From Chloroflexota bacterium (GTDB lineage: Bacteria; Chloroflexota; UBA11872; UBA12225), in the NCBI GenBank assembly GCA_009693165.1, contig SHXX01000004.1, forward strand, positions 1,829-65,828: 64,000 bases of DNA, written 5' to 3'. Positions 28,709-39,437 of the stretch are shown one piece after another. The stretch's first letter is position 1, and every line of letters starts with the position of its first letter. Made by a program: the position numbers and the translations under genes. The notes beneath the pieces are model-generated. The model saw nothing but the letters and a program-made list of their open reading frames with translations. It had not been told where the DNA came from and did no database searches.

Positions 28709-30292
28709 TCACTCGCTTGCTAATCGTGTAAGGCCAAACTCGAGCGAGTCTGCCAATGCAAACCAGCTGGCCTCAATGATGTTGGTTGACGAACCTACCG
28801 TTGTCCAGGTCGCTCCGTCGTCAGCGGAATCGATGGTGACGCGGGTCTGGGCGGCGGTTCCAGATCCTTCGTCGATCACACGGACCTTGTAATCAGTGAG
28901 ACGGATCGACTCCACATGGGGATAGCGACCGACAAGTGCCTTCCGCATCGCTTGGTCAAGTGCGTTGACGGGGCCGTTACCCTCTCCGGCGGTATGTATC
29001 ACCACACCGTCAATCCGGAGTTTCACCATTGCCTCCGCGAGCATGTCGCGCCCATCCCGGGACTCGACCATCGCGAGGAAGTCGACGAGCTCGAAAGGGG
29101 CGCGGTAATCGTCGTGGGTGCGCCGTGCCATTAGTTCGAATGATGCTTCCGCCCCCTCGAACTGAAACCCCTTCCGCTCGAGTTCCTTGACTTGGGCGAC
29201 AACCTTCCTTGCGCGGTCGGGTGAGGAGATGTCCACGCCAAGTGCCTCGGCCCGCGTAACCACCGCGGCCTTCCCGGAAAGTTCGGATATCAGGATCCGG
29301 CTTACGTTGCCTACGGCATCTGGCGCAATGTGCTGGTAACTCATGGGGTCCTTGCGCATTGCATCCGCGTGATAGCCAGCCTTGTGCGCAAATGCACTTG
29401 CGCCGACGAAGGCCGCGTGGGGATCCGGGTTCAGATTGCACACCGCAGCTACGAACCGCGCCGTTTCGGTCAGGCTCGCAAGTTGCTCATCGGTAATGCA
29501 ATCGATCCCAAGTTTCAGCTTGAGCGTAGGAATGATCGCGCACAGGTTGGCGTTGCCACACCTCTCGCCGTACCCATTGATTGTGCCCTGCACATGCGTA
29601 GCGCCGACGCCAAAGGCGGCAATTGCTCCGGCGACGGCGAGTTCACAGTCGTTATGGGTGTGAATCCCGATCGCTATTTCGGGTCCGAATGAACCCCGAA
29701 CCTGCCTTACAATCCGCTCGATATCAGCCGGTAAGGTTCCGCCATTGGTGTCGCAAAGCACAAGCGCCTCGGCTCCGGCCGAAGCTGCAGCCTCAAGGCA
29801 CGCGATTGCGTATGGTTCATCGTGCTTCCATCCGTCGAAGAAGTGTTCGGCGTCATAGAACACCCGTTTCCCTTTCTCGCGCAGGAAACCCACCGAGTCC
29901 CTGATCATCGCCAGGTTCTCATCAAGGGACACCCCGAGGACATCGCGGACTTGCACGGCATTGTTCTTGCAGACGATGGTCACGACCGAAGTGCCTGCAT
30001 CCGCGAGGACGCGAAGATTTGGATCGTCCTCAGCCCGGTTGCCCTTGTAGCGGCTCGACCCGAACGCAACAATGGTTGCGTGCTTCCAGGTCATTTCCCT
30101 TGCACGGACGAAGAACTCCTTGTCGCGTGGGTTAGACCCAGGGTATCCGCCTTCGATGTAGGCAACACCAAGGCGGTCGAGGCGCTGGGCAATCTTTAGC
30201 TTGTCGTCGAGCGAAAGGTTCAGGCCCTCGCGTTGGACACCGTCACGCAGTGTCGTGTCATAGAGATCGATCAGCCGGCGTGGTTCGGACAT
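28709..30292 (-). CDS. cimA: Citramalate synthase (CimA type)
   Basis: YDTTLRDGVQREG, EGGYPGSNPRD, YDAEHFFDG, CDTNGG, HTHND, QFEGAEASFEL, DYKVRV, VGSSTNIIEASW. Confidence 0.9.
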   Translation of the reverse strand: MSEPRRLIDLYDTTLRDGVQREGLNLSLDDKLKIAQRLDRLGVAYIEGGYPGSNPRDKEFFVRAREMTWKHATIVAFGSSRYKGNRAEDDPNLRVLADAGTSVVTIVCKNNAVQVRDVLGVSLDENLAMIRDSVGFLREKGKRVFYDAEHFFDGWKHDEPYAIACLEAAASAGAEALVLCDTNGGTLPADIERIVRQVRGSFGPEIAIGIHTHNDCELAVAGAIAAFGVGATHVQGTINGYGERCGNANLCAIIPTLKLKLGIDCITDEQLASLTETARFVAAVCNLNPDPHAAFVGASAFAHKAGYHADAMRKDPMSYQHIAPDAVGNVSRILISELSGKAAVVTRAEALGVDISSPDRARKVVAQVKELERKGFQFEGAEASFELMARRTHDDYRAPFELVDFLAMVESRDGRDMLAEAMVKLRIDGVVIHTAGEGNGPVNALDQAMRKALVGRYPHVESIRLTDYKVRVIDEGSGTAAQTRVTIDSADDGATWTTVGSSTNIIEASWFALADSLEFGLTRLASE

Positions 30293-30472
30293 GTTGAGCC
30301 CTCGATGCTTCGGGTTTGCACCCGTCCTGATCCGGGCCATTCCCGACGAGGCGGCGAATTCGGTCCCGGACGTCTACGTCAATAGCGTTCGCACGCCAGA
30401 TCCCGTCGACAAGGGTGTCCACGGTGCGAAGTGCAGATTGCCGACGCGTGGCGGGAACGGGTTTTTCGCTGC

Positions 30473-31651
30473 CTACGCCACGGTCGGCGCAGTAATTCGT
30501 GCCTTCTGTGTTGATGACGCCGCCCGGGCTATCTCGGCCGCAATCAACTCGCCCATCCGGTCGGTAACAACAATCTCGGTGCCGGGACCCGCAATGTCTG
30601 ATGTTCGGAACCCAGCTTCAAGGATAGTTTCAACGGCGTGCTCGATTGCGTCGGCCACCGCTGGCAATGCAAGGGAATACCGAAGCATGAGGGCCGCCGA
30701 CAGGATTGCTGCGATCGGATTGGCCCGCCCGGTGCCAACAACCTCAGGTGTGTACAGCGCTGTTCCGTGGATTGGTTCGTACAGGCCTTGAACTCCACCC
30801 AAGGAATTCCTTTGGGATCCAAGCGAAGCGGAGGGAAGCATGCCCATCGAACCTGCGAGGACCGACGCCTCATCGGTGAGGATGTCACCAAACATGTTCT
30901 CAGTTACCACGACATCGAATGACGCGGGCCTCCGAATGAGGTACATTGCAGCGGAATCCACAAGGATGTGCTCAAGGGTGACATCCGGATAATCGACCGC
31001 GACCCGGTTCGCGATTTCCCGCCAAAACCGACCAGTGGTAAGGACATTCGCCTTGTCCACCGACGTCACTTTCTTGCGACGGAGCCGTGCCAGGTCAAAA
31101 CTCGTACGAAGTACCCTCTCGATTTCCTGCTCGCTATACGCAAGCGTATCGACCGCGCGCCACCCCGTCGGGCTTTGCCACCGGCGGCTTGGCTTCCCGA
31201 AGTAGAGCCCGCCGGTCAACTCGCGTACGACGATCATGTCGGTTCCGCGGACGATGTCTTCCTTGAGAACCGAGTGACTGAGAAGCGAAGGGGAAAGCTT
31301 GACCGGCCGGAGGTTTGCGTACAGGTCAAGCGCCTTGCGCAGGCCTAGGATCCCTTGCTCAGGTCTGACCTTGGCAAGGGGGTTATCCCACTTTGGGCCC
31401 CCAACAGCGCCGAAATACACCGCATCGGCACGGGACGCGAGGTGCAGTGTCGCATCGGGAAGTGCCGATCCAGTCGCATCGATGGCCGCACCGCCGATCA
31501 GCGCGTGATCTGCCGAGAAATTCCATCCGTACGCCTCGGCTGCCGTTTGAAGCACACGGAGACCGACTTCAACCACTTCAGTGCCGATGCCATCTCCGGC
31601 GAGGACCGCAATGTGTGGCACGTGGCCGGAGGCCGAGGTTGGTGCACCCAT
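30473..31651 (-). CDS. leuB: 3-isopropylmalate dehydrogenase
   Basis: GDGIG, GAVGGPKW, ANLRP, RELTGGLYFG, VDKANV, NMFGDILTDEA, EPIHG. Confidence 0.95.
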   Translation of the reverse strand: MGAPTSASGHVPHIAVLAGDGIGTEVVEVGLRVLQTAAEAYGWNFSADHALIGGAAIDATGSALPDATLHLASRADAVYFGAVGGPKWDNPLAKVRPEQGILGLRKALDLYANLRPVKLSPSLLSHSVLKEDIVRGTDMIVVRELTGGLYFGKPSRRWQSPTGWRAVDTLAYSEQEIERVLRTSFDLARLRRKKVTSVDKANVLTTGRFWREIANRVAVDYPDVTLEHILVDSAAMYLIRRPASFDVVVTENMFGDILTDEASVLAGSMGMLPSASLGSQRNSLGGVQGLYEPIHGTALYTPEVVGTGRANPIAAILSAALMLRYSLALPAVADAIEHAVETILEAGFRTSDIAGPGTEIVVTDRMGELIAAEIARAASSTQKARITAPTVA

Positions 31652-31689
31652 GGTCAATGAACTCCTCGCCGAAGGGAAGATGGTCCGTG

Positions 31690-32307
31690 TCAGGCCAGGA
31701 CAGGTGTCGTGGGAAGATTGGCATCGCGGCTGCGCTCGAACCGGGTGATGTCGGGCTCGTGTTGCATCGTCAAACCAATGTCGTCGAGTCCCCTGATCAG
31801 GCAATCCTTGCGAAAGGAATCGACACCGAACGAGGCAATCACGCCTTCCTGATCTGAAACAAGCTGGTTTTCAAGGTCAATTGTCAAAGCGTATCCCGGA
31901 CGTTCCTTCGCACGAGCTAGCAATTCTTCAATCACGGGTTCCGGAAGCACAACCGGCAACATCCCGTTCTTGAAACAATTGTTGAAGAAGATGTCAGCAA
32001 AGCTTGGGGCGAGCACTGCCCGGATGCCCATGTCCTCTAGTGCCCAGGGAGCATGTTCCCGGGACGAGCCACAGCCGAAATTCCGCCCCGCAACGAGGAT
32101 GGAGGCACCCTGATATTCCGGTTGGTTGAGTTCAAAGTCCGGGTTAAGGGACCCGTCATCCTTGTACCGCCAATCGAAAAAACAGAACGGACCGAAGCCG
32201 GTGCGTTCAATGCGCTTCAGGAACTGCTTGGGAATGATCTGGTCAGTATCGACGTTCACCCGGTCGAGTGGCGCCGCCACTCCGGACAATGTGGTGAAAG
32301 GCTGCAT
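31690..32307 (-). CDS. leuD: 3-isopropylmalate dehydratase small subunit
   Basis: [38 protein letters not shown]. Confidence 0.97.
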   Translation of the reverse strand: MQPFTTLSGVAAPLDRVNVDTDQIIPKQFLKRIERTGFGPFCFFDWRYKDDGSLNPDFELNQPEYQGASILVAGRNFGCGSSREHAPWALEDMGIRAVLAPSFADIFFNNCFKNGMLPVVLPEPVIEELLARAKERPGYALTIDLENQLVSDQEGVIASFGVDSFRKDCLIRGLDDIGLTMQHEPDITRFERSRDANLPTTPVLA

Positions 32308-32344
32308 GAGCACGTTTTCCTTGTGTTCCCGGCGAAGCGTTTGG

Positions 32345-33760
32345 TCAGGCGGTTGGCGCCCAAGTGCGGATGTCGACAAAGTGCCCGGCAATGGCCGCCG
32401 CGGCGGCCATTTGCGGGCTTACCAGATGGGTGCGGCCACCCTTGCCCTGTCGTCCTTCGAAGTTCCGGTTACTTGTTGACGCGCACCGCTCACCCGGCTT
32501 CAGGATGTCAGGGTTCATCCCCAGACACATGCTGCATCCGGCTGTACGCCAATCGAACCCGGCGGCGATGAAGATTTCGTGGAGGCCTTCCGCTTCCGCC
32601 TGAACCTTCACTTGCATGGAACCGGGCACGACCATCGCGTAGACGCGTGGATTGACTTTCCTGCCTCGGATCACTTGAGCTGCGGCTCGGAGGTCCTCGA
32701 TGCGTCCGTTGGTGCAGGACCCAAGGAAAACCCGATCGATCGGAATGTCCGCAATAAGCGTTCCGGGTGTCAATCCCATGTACTCAAGCGCCCGTTCGGT
32801 TGCCCGCCGCTCACCTTCGTCATGGGCGGAACTGGGGTCGGGCACGCGGCCGGAGATTGGCGCAACCATTCCCGGGTTCGTGCCCCACGTCACGAACGGG
32901 GTGAGGTCAGGGCCGTTGAAGACCTCGACACGGTCGTACGTCGCACCTTCGTCGGTAGGGAGGCGTCGCCACTCGCCAACCGCCCGCTCGAAATCCTTGC
33001 CAGTCGGCGCATGTGGCCGTCCTGCGACGTAGTCAAACGTCTTCTGATCGGGTGCGATCATCCCGGCGCGCGCACCGGCTTCAATCGACATGTTACAAAC
33101 CGTCATCCGGCCTTCCATTGAGAGGTCTCGGATTGCCTGACCGGTGTACTCAATGACGTACCCGGTCCCACCCGCGGTGCCGATCCGCCCGATCACCCCG
33201 AGGATGATGTCCTTCGCTGTCACGCCCGCAGGCAGGTGACCGTCAATGCGCACTTCCATCGTTCTGGGCCGCGCCTGCTGAAGGGTTTGCGTCGCCAGTA
33301 CGTGCTCGACTTCAGACGTGCCGATCCCAAAGGCAAGGGCGCCAAACGCGCCGTGGGTTGACGTATGGCTGTCCCCGCACACGATAGTCATTCCGGGTTG
33401 GGTGAGGCCAAGTTCCGGCCCGATGACGTGGACGATGCCTTGCTTGTCAGAATCCAGGTCGTAAAGTGGCACACTGAACTCTTTGCAGTTCGACGCAAGA
33501 GCGTCCATCTGCTTTTTGGAGATCTCATCGGTTACCGGCAGATTTCGCGCCCATGTGGGAACGTTGTGATCCATCGTTGCAACCGTGAGATCGGGTCGGC
33601 GGACCTTGCGTCCGGTCAACCTGAGCCCTTCGAATGCCTGCGGTGAGGTGACCTCGTGAACGAGGTGGAGGTCAATGTACAGAAGCGCAGGTTCGCCCGC
33701 AGCCTCCCGGACCAGGTGTGCCTCCCAGATTTTCTCGAACAGGGTCTTGGGGTCCGTCAT
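32345..33760 (-). CDS. leuC: 3-isopropylmalate dehydratase large subunit
   Basis: [48 protein letters not shown]. Confidence 0.97.
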   Translation of the reverse strand: MTDPKTLFEKIWEAHLVREAAGEPALLYIDLHLVHEVTSPQAFEGLRLTGRKVRRPDLTVATMDHNVPTWARNLPVTDEISKKQMDALASNCKEFSVPLYDLDSDKQGIVHVIGPELGLTQPGMTIVCGDSHTSTHGAFGALAFGIGTSEVEHVLATQTLQQARPRTMEVRIDGHLPAGVTAKDIILGVIGRIGTAGGTGYVIEYTGQAIRDLSMEGRMTVCNMSIEAGARAGMIAPDQKTFDYVAGRPHAPTGKDFERAVGEWRRLPTDEGATYDRVEVFNGPDLTPFVTWGTNPGMVAPISGRVPDPSSAHDEGERRATERALEYMGLTPGTLIADIPIDRVFLGSCTNGRIEDLRAAAQVIRGRKVNPRVYAMVVPGSMQVKVQAEAEGLHEIFIAAGFDWRTAGCSMCLGMNPDILKPGERCASTSNRNFEGRQGKGGRTHLVSPQMAAAAAIAGHFVDIRTWAPTA

Positions 33761-33798
33761 GATGGTCGCATCTTCTCGTTCGTCAATACGGGCACTGA

Positions 33799-35397
33799 TC
33801 ATGCGTGAGCCGGAGCTGCCTCTGGTTCATTCATGGTGATGGGAGTGGAAGGTGAGGCGCGCCGTCCACGGCCAGCTGCCCGGTCATGTTGCGCCGCAAC
33901 CACCTTGTTTATTGCGTTCACGTAAGCCCGGGCAGATGCGACGATGATATCGGTGCTTGCCCCACGACCGACAAACGTGCCTTCATCGGGAGACTCAATC
34001 TTGATTGACACCTCACCGACGGCGTCAGTCCCTGCCGTTGCCGAGTGCACGGTGAACTCCACCAGCTTTACCGGCAAGTTGACCAGTCGTTCGATTGCAT
34101 TGCACGTGGCTTCGACCGGGCCGCTTCCGGTGGCTGCATCCTGCACGAGCTCTCCGCCGGGAAGCATGAGGCAGATGGTGGCCGTCGGGATTGACGGTTC
34201 GCCGCAACTTACCTGGACACGCTCGAGCCGGTACGTTTCCGGCGCCACCAGGACCTGATCTGCAACGACGGCTTCAACGTCGCCATCGGTCACGTCCTTC
34301 TTCTTGTCGGCGATTTCCTTGAACGCCTTGAAGGCGCGCATGAACTCATCGTCACTCAAGGTGTAACCGAGGGCTTTCAGTCGGTCGCGGAACGCGTTGC
34401 GCCCCGAATGCTTGGATATCACGATCCGAGAATCTGTCCGCCCGATGCTGTCGGGGGTCATGATCTCGTAGGTGATGCGATCCTTGAGCATGCCATCTTG
34501 ATGCAGGCCTGATGCGTGCGCGAATGCGTTGCCGCCGACGACCGACTTATTGAGCTGCACTGGGAAGCCCATGTATGAGGCAACCATGCGGCTCGTACGC
34601 CAGATCTGTTCGGTCTTCACGCCCGTCTCGCAGTCGAAGAAGTCGGCGCGGGTCTTCAATCCCATAACGATTTCCTCGAGCGCCGCGTTTCCCGCGCGCT
34701 CGCCGACACCGTTGATCGTGCATTCGACCCACTCGACACCCTCCTTGACGGCGGCGAGTGACAAGGCAGTTGCCAGTCCGAGGTCGTTGTGGCAGTGAAC
34801 AGACACGGCGGCGTTGCCGATGTTCGGTACTCGGTTCATCACATAGCGAACGAGGTCAGCGAACTCGGCAGGTTGCATGTAGCCAACACTGTCCGGGATG
34901 TTGATCACTGTTGCGCCGGCAGCGATTGTCGCTTCGAATACGCGGCAAAGGTAGTCGCGGTCGGACCGGGCGGCATCCATGGCCGAAAACTCGACTTCTG
35001 GCAGGAACGAGCGCCCAAGTTTGACCGCTGCGACTGCCATCTCAAGGGCTTGTTCCCGCGAAATTCTCAGTTGGTAATTCAGGTGAATATCGCTTGTGGA
35101 CAGCACGGTGTGAAGGCGCGGTGCGACAGCCTTCATGAGCGCACGCGCAGTTGTCTCAATGTTCGGGAGTTTTGCATCCGACAGCGCCGCGACTTGGCAG
35201 TCGCGCACAAGCTCACACACTGTTTCGACAGCACGGAAGTCGCCGGGCGATGTGGCCGGGAACCCGGCCTCGATGCAGTCGACACCAAGGCGTTCTAGCT
35301 GTCGGGCAATCTCGATCTTCTCGTCGAAGGTAAGTGCGCCGCCAGCGGCTTGTTCCCCGTCGCGGAGGGTGGTGTCGAAGATCCGAATGCGGCGCAT
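33799..35397 (-). CDS. leuA: 2-isopropylmalate synthase
   Basis: [42 protein letters not shown]-terminal regulatory domain. Confidence 0.95.
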   Translation of the reverse strand: MRRIRIFDTTLRDGEQAAGGALTFDEKIEIARQLERLGVDCIEAGFPATSPGDFRAVETVCELVRDCQVAALSDAKLPNIETTARALMKAVAPRLHTVLSTSDIHLNYQLRISREQALEMAVAAVKLGRSFLPEVEFSAMDAARSDRDYLCRVFEATIAAGATVINIPDSVGYMQPAEFADLVRYVMNRVPNIGNAAVSVHCHNDLGLATALSLAAVKEGVEWVECTINGVGERAGNAALEEIVMGLKTRADFFDCETGVKTEQIWRTSRMVASYMGFPVQLNKSVVGGNAFAHASGLHQDGMLKDRITYEIMTPDSIGRTDSRIVISKHSGRNAFRDRLKALGYTLSDDEFMRAFKAFKEIADKKKDVTDGDVEAVVADQVLVAPETYRLERVQVSCGEPSIPTATICLMLPGGELVQDAATGSGPVEATCNAIERLVNLPVKLVEFTVHSATAGTDAVGEVSIKIESPDEGTFVGRGASTDIIVASARAYVNAINKVVAAQHDRAAGRGRRASPSTPITMNEPEAAPAHA

Positions 35398-35502
35398 GAT
35401 GTCGCTCCCTGGAGAATTTCCCGACCACTTCGCCAAGCGGTGATTGCGATAGCCGATTTGGATCGCTGACGTCCGCTCGGTGATGGTTCTCGCGTGTTAG
35501 TG

Positions 35503-36498
35503 CTACTTCGAGTTCAACCAGCTCATCTTGGAGCGGAGTTCGCGACCGACCGTCTCGATCGGATGCTCTGCCTCGTGCCGCCGCGTGGCAAGGAATGACG
35601 GACGCCCGGCCTGGTTTTCAAGGATCCAGTTGCGGGCAAAGGTCCCATCCTGAATTTCCTCGAGGATCTTCTTCATCTCCGCACGCACTGCCGGGGTGAC
35701 GATGCGGGGACCTGTGACGTAATCGCCGTACTCAGCCGTATCAGACACGGAATAGCGCATGTACGTCAGGCCGCCTTGGTAGAAAAGGTCAACGATCAGC
35801 TTCAACTCGTGCATCGTCTCGAAATACGCCAGTTCGGGCTGATAGCCGGCCTCGACCAGCGTTTCGAACGATGCCTTTACCAATGCGCTGACACCACCGC
35901 ACAACACGGTCTGCTCACCAAAGAGGTCGGTCTCGGTTTCCTCAAGGAATGTGGTCTCCAGCACTCCGGCTCGCGTCCCGCCAATTCCCTTCGCGTATGC
36001 GAGGGCGTTTTCACGGGCATGCCCGGACGCATCCTGATGGACGGCAAAGAGACATGGAACCCCGGAACCCTCGACGAAGACCTCACGGACACGGTGACCC
36101 GGGCTCTTGGGTGCCACCATGATCACGTCGACGTCTTTCGGGGCAACGATCTGGTTGAAATGGACGTTGAACCCATGCGCAAACATCAGGGTCTGCCCTG
36201 CACGAAGATGCGGCTGGACCTCGTGGAGGTAGACATCCCGCTGGATCTGATCCGGCACGGTGAACATGATGAAGTCGGACGAGGTCGTTGCCTCAGCAAC
36301 CGACTTCACCACCAGGCCAGCGGCGGATGCCTTGGCCCGCGACGGAGAACCCTCGTACAGGCCGACGATGACCGCAACGCCGCTCTCGTGGAGGTTGAGT
36401 GCGTGGGCGTGGCCCTGGCTGCCGAAGCCGAGAACCGCAACGGTCTTGCCCCTAAGTCGGCCGAGGTCGGCATCGGCGTCGTAGTACATGGTTGCCAT
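35503..36498 (-). CDS. ilvC: Ketol-acid reductoisomerase
   Basis: [41 protein letters not shown]. Confidence 0.97.
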   Translation of the reverse strand: MATMYYDADADLGRLRGKTVAVLGFGSQGHAHALNLHESGVAVIVGLYEGSPSRAKASAAGLVVKSVAEATTSSDFIMFTVPDQIQRDVYLHEVQPHLRAGQTLMFAHGFNVHFNQIVAPKDVDVIMVAPKSPGHRVREVFVEGSGVPCLFAVHQDASGHARENALAYAKGIGGTRAGVLETTFLEETETDLFGEQTVLCGGVSALVKASFETLVEAGYQPELAYFETMHELKLIVDLFYQGGLTYMRYSVSDTAEYGDYVTGPRIVTPAVRAEMKKILEEIQDGTFARNWILENQAGRPSFLATRRHEAEHPIETVGRELRSKMSWLNSK

Positions 36499-36593
36499 TG
36501 GTATGTCCTTCCTCTTCCAGGGACTTTCCGGAAGTCCTGTGTGTTCCGGGGACCAAAGTGTGCCCGTTGGCGAATTGCTTCGGGGCCAACAGG

Positions 36594-37121
36594 CTACCCG
36601 GCGGCTTCTAGCATTCGTGCTTCTGAACCGCGTGCGGTGATTTGCGCACCGCGAACCATGCTGATCATGCCGGTCCGTACCATCTCCTTGATCCCGTACG
36701 GTCGCAACATGCCCAGAAGACTGTCTATCTTGTCGTCAGTCCCAGTCACCTCGACGATCACGGCGTCAGTTGCGACATCAACCACCCGGCCGCGGAAGAC
36801 GTCCGCAAGGTTGCTGATTTCCAGACGGTTGGATGCTGACGCGCAGTGGACCTTGATCAGGGCAAGCTCACGGTCAACCGTACGGTCCTCCGAAACATCA
36901 CTGACGCGGATCACATCGATCAATTTGTAAAGCTGCTTGATCACCTGTTCCACCTGTGTCGTTGCACCGTCGACGACGATGGTCATCCGACTGATCTTGT
37001 CTGTCTCGGTATGACCAACGGTCAGGCTCTCGATGTTGAACCCACGTCGGGAAAACAGGTTTGCCACCCGTTGCAAGACTCCAGGTTGGTTCTCGACGAG
37101 TGCGACGAGCGTGTGCTTCAT
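36594..37121 (-). CDS. ilvN: Acetolactate synthase small subunit
   Basis: ENQPGVL...[25 protein letters not shown]. Confidence 0.96.
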   Translation of the reverse strand: MKHTLVALVENQPGVLQRVANLFSRRGFNIESLTVGHTETDKISRMTIVVDGATTQVEQVIKQLYKLIDVIRVSDVSEDRTVDRELALIKVHCASASNRLEISNLADVFRGRVVDVATDAVIVEVTGTDDKIDSLLGMLRPYGIKEMVRTGMISMVRGAQITARGSEARMLEAAG

Positions 37122-37163
37122 GGCATTCGTTCCGTTCTTCTCGATCTCGGCTCTCGTACGCGG

Positions 37164-38900
37164 CTAGACCCCACCCTGATCGCTTCCAGCCGCCACGGCA
37201 ACCTGCTGCATCTTTGGGGCGAGATCCTCTGCACTCTCGATGGTCTCCTGCAACGACGCGCCAGGAGGCACCATCGGAAAGACGTTTTCCTCGGCATCAA
37301 CCACGAACTCGATCATCGCCGGACCCTCAACCGCCCGCGCCCATTCGAACGCAGCGCGCACTCCGTCGACGTGCGCGACCCGAATGGTTGGGATGCTGTA
37401 CGCCTCGCCAAGTTTGACAAAGTCCGGGTTCCACATCTTTACGCCCGAATACCGTCGGTCGTAGAAGAGTTGCTGCCATTGGCGAACCATCCCCAGGTAA
37501 CCGTTGTTGAATAATGCGATCTTGACGGGGAGTTTTTCCTCGACGAGGACGGAGAGTTCCTCGAGAGTCATCTGGAAACCTCCGTCCCCGGTCACGCACC
37601 AGACCTCTTCTTCCGGCTTTCCAAGTTGGACCCCGATCGCGGCCGGCAACGCGTACCCCATCGGCCCGAGCCCACCGCTCGTGATGTGGGTGTTCGGGCG
37701 CTCAAAGAAGTAGTGTTGAGCGGCCCACATTTGCGCTTGTCCGACATCGGTAACAAGCACCGCCTTGCCCTCGGTTGCGTGGTAGAGCTCCCGCACGATC
37801 CAAGGGGAAGACATGGTTTCCGCCTTCGCGGGCAGGGCCAATGACGGATGTTCGATCCGCCACTGCGAAAGGGTCTGCATCCACTCGGGATGGTGACCCG
37901 GTTTGACCTCCTCAAGAAGGGCCTCAAGGACGTTCTTGGCGTCTCCCACGATCGGAACGGCAGTCCGGACATTTTTGCCAAGTTCTGCCGGATCAATGTC
38001 GATGTGAATGATCTGAGCGTGCGGTGCAAAGGCATTCAGGCGCCCGGTGACCCGGTCATCCATTCGCATCCCGACGGCAATCAGGCAATCAGTGTGCGAG
38101 ATGGCCATGTTGGCGTAGTACATCCCATGCATGCCGGGCCAACCGAGATAGAGGGGATGCGTTTCCGGGAACCCGGAAATGCCGAGCAGGGTCGTGAGGA
38201 CCGGGACCTGCGTCTTCTCGGCGAATGCGCGCAGTTCCGAGTATGCCCCCGACAAGATGATCCCGTGTCCGGCGATGATCAGTGGCTTCTTGGCCTGCTC
38301 AATCATCCGCGCCGCTTGGCGGACCTGCTTGGAATGGCCCTGCAGTTTCGGTTTGAACCCGGGCAGGTTTACCTTGGTCGGATACTCGTAAATGGCGGTG
38401 TTGGTGGTCACGTCCTTCGGAATGTCTATCAGCACTGGACCGGGGCGTCCGGTCCGGGCAATATGAAATGCCTCCTTGATGACCCTCGCCAGGTCCTTGA
38501 CGTCCATCACCAGGTAGTTGTGCTTGGTGATAGGCATCGTGATCCCAGTCGTATCGGTTTCCTGGAAGGCGTCCTTGCCGATCATGTAGGTAGGAACCTG
38601 ACCGGTGATTGCCACCATTGGCACCGAGTCCATCATCGCCGTCGCGATGCCAGTGACCAGGTTCGTTGCACCCGGCCCAGAGGTCCCAAGGCAGACACCA
38701 ACGTTGCCGGTGATCCGAGCATAGCCGTCAGCCATGTGGGACGCGCCCTGTTCGTGACGGCACAAGATATGTCGGAACGGATACTGAAATAGCGTGTCGT
38801 ACAGAGGGATGATCGCACCACCGGGCATTCCGAAAATAGTGTCGACACCCTCCTTGATGAGGCTTTCGCAAAGGATCTGCGCTCCGGTGAGACGCTGCAT
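37164..38900 (-). CDS. ilvB: Acetolactate synthase large subunit (biosynthetic)
   Basis: GMPGGA, RHEQGA, TSGPGATN, DAFQE, GDGGFQM TPP motif; true ATG at 38900 after GGAGG. Confidence 0.96.
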   Translation of the reverse strand: MQRLTGAQILCESLIKEGVDTIFGMPGGAIIPLYDTLFQYPFRHILCRHEQGASHMADGYARITGNVGVCLGTSGPGATNLVTGIATAMMDSVPMVAITGQVPTYMIGKDAFQETDTTGITMPITKHNYLVMDVKDLARVIKEAFHIARTGRPGPVLIDIPKDVTTNTAIYEYPTKVNLPGFKPKLQGHSKQVRQAARMIEQAKKPLIIAGHGIILSGAYSELRAFAEKTQVPVLTTLLGISGFPETHPLYLGWPGMHGMYYANMAISHTDCLIAVGMRMDDRVTGRLNAFAPHAQIIHIDIDPAELGKNVRTAVPIVGDAKNVLEALLEEVKPGHHPEWMQTLSQWRIEHPSLALPAKAETMSSPWIVRELYHATEGKAVLVTDVGQAQMWAAQHYFFERPNTHITSGGLGPMGYALPAAIGVQLGKPEEEVWCVTGDGGFQMTLEELSVLVEEKLPVKIALFNNGYLGMVRQWQQLFYDRRYSGVKMWNPDFVKLGEAYSIPTIRVAHVDGVRAAFEWARAVEGPAMIEFVVDAEENVFPMVPPGASLQETIESAEDLAPKMQQVAVAAGSDQGGV

Positions 38901-38961
38901 GACGGCCTCCATGGCGTGAGCTCGGTTCCATCCGCCGGTGATCGGGAGCCTCGACGGACAC

Positions 38962-38994
38962 AAAAAAACGGCTTCGTCCTGAGGACGAGAGCCG
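38962..38994 (-). terminator. Intrinsic terminator of the Leu T-box
   Basis: CGGCUCUCGUCCUCAGGACGAAGCCG hairpin followed by U7; overlaps the antiterminator 3' strand. Confidence 0.9.
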
Positions 38995-39309
38995 ATCCCG
39001 TGGTACCACCTCAATTGACACGCCTACCCCATGGAAACCCTTCGTTCACACGGCCCGAGGCAGATGGAAATGAAGGTCGTCCACGGACACTTCATAAAAT
39101 CTGCCTGAGCATTCACGCCAGAAACAACCAATGAAAAGCATGTCCACTTGACCCCGCTCTATCGGTTGGGATCCGGTGACGACTAGGCAGCCACGCTGCT
39201 TTGATCGTCACGGCTCAGGGGCGAGTTCGCATTGGCCTGGTCCACCGACTCACACCACCCGTCGGTTCTCTGAGCGACCGCGACACGGCTACTACTCCCC
39301 GTCATAGCG
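38962..39309 (-). ncRNA. T-box riboswitch, Leu specifier (CUC), controlling the ilv-leu operon
   Basis: AUGACGGGGAGUAGUA, CAGAGA, GGUGUGAG, GAA-CUC-GCCCCUGAG (specifier 39225-39223); AAUUGAGGUGGUACCACG T-box near 38999-39016. Confidence 0.95.
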
Positions 39310-39437
39310 ACGGTATTCGGTTTTCAATGGCTAGAAATGCGTAACGCGACCAACGAATCGCTCGCCTGTCCATTCACCATAGCAAGGACCCGGGGAGGCG
39401 TCAAGGTGTTGACGTCGACATCGAAGTGGCGGCCGGG

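Noticed and set aside
35776-36930. Long antisense ORFs (384 aa here; also 4162-5331, 37848-38792 and 12765-13529)
   Set aside because: Shadow ORFs opposite well-conserved genes, expected from high-GC codon bias, with no recognisable motifs
38900-39014. ORF-track N-terminal extensions of ilvB (and likewise of thrS, tyrA, leuB, leuD, cimA and DUF2293)
   Set aside because: They run into riboswitches or upstream genes; downstream starts match the family N-termini and mostly have an RBS
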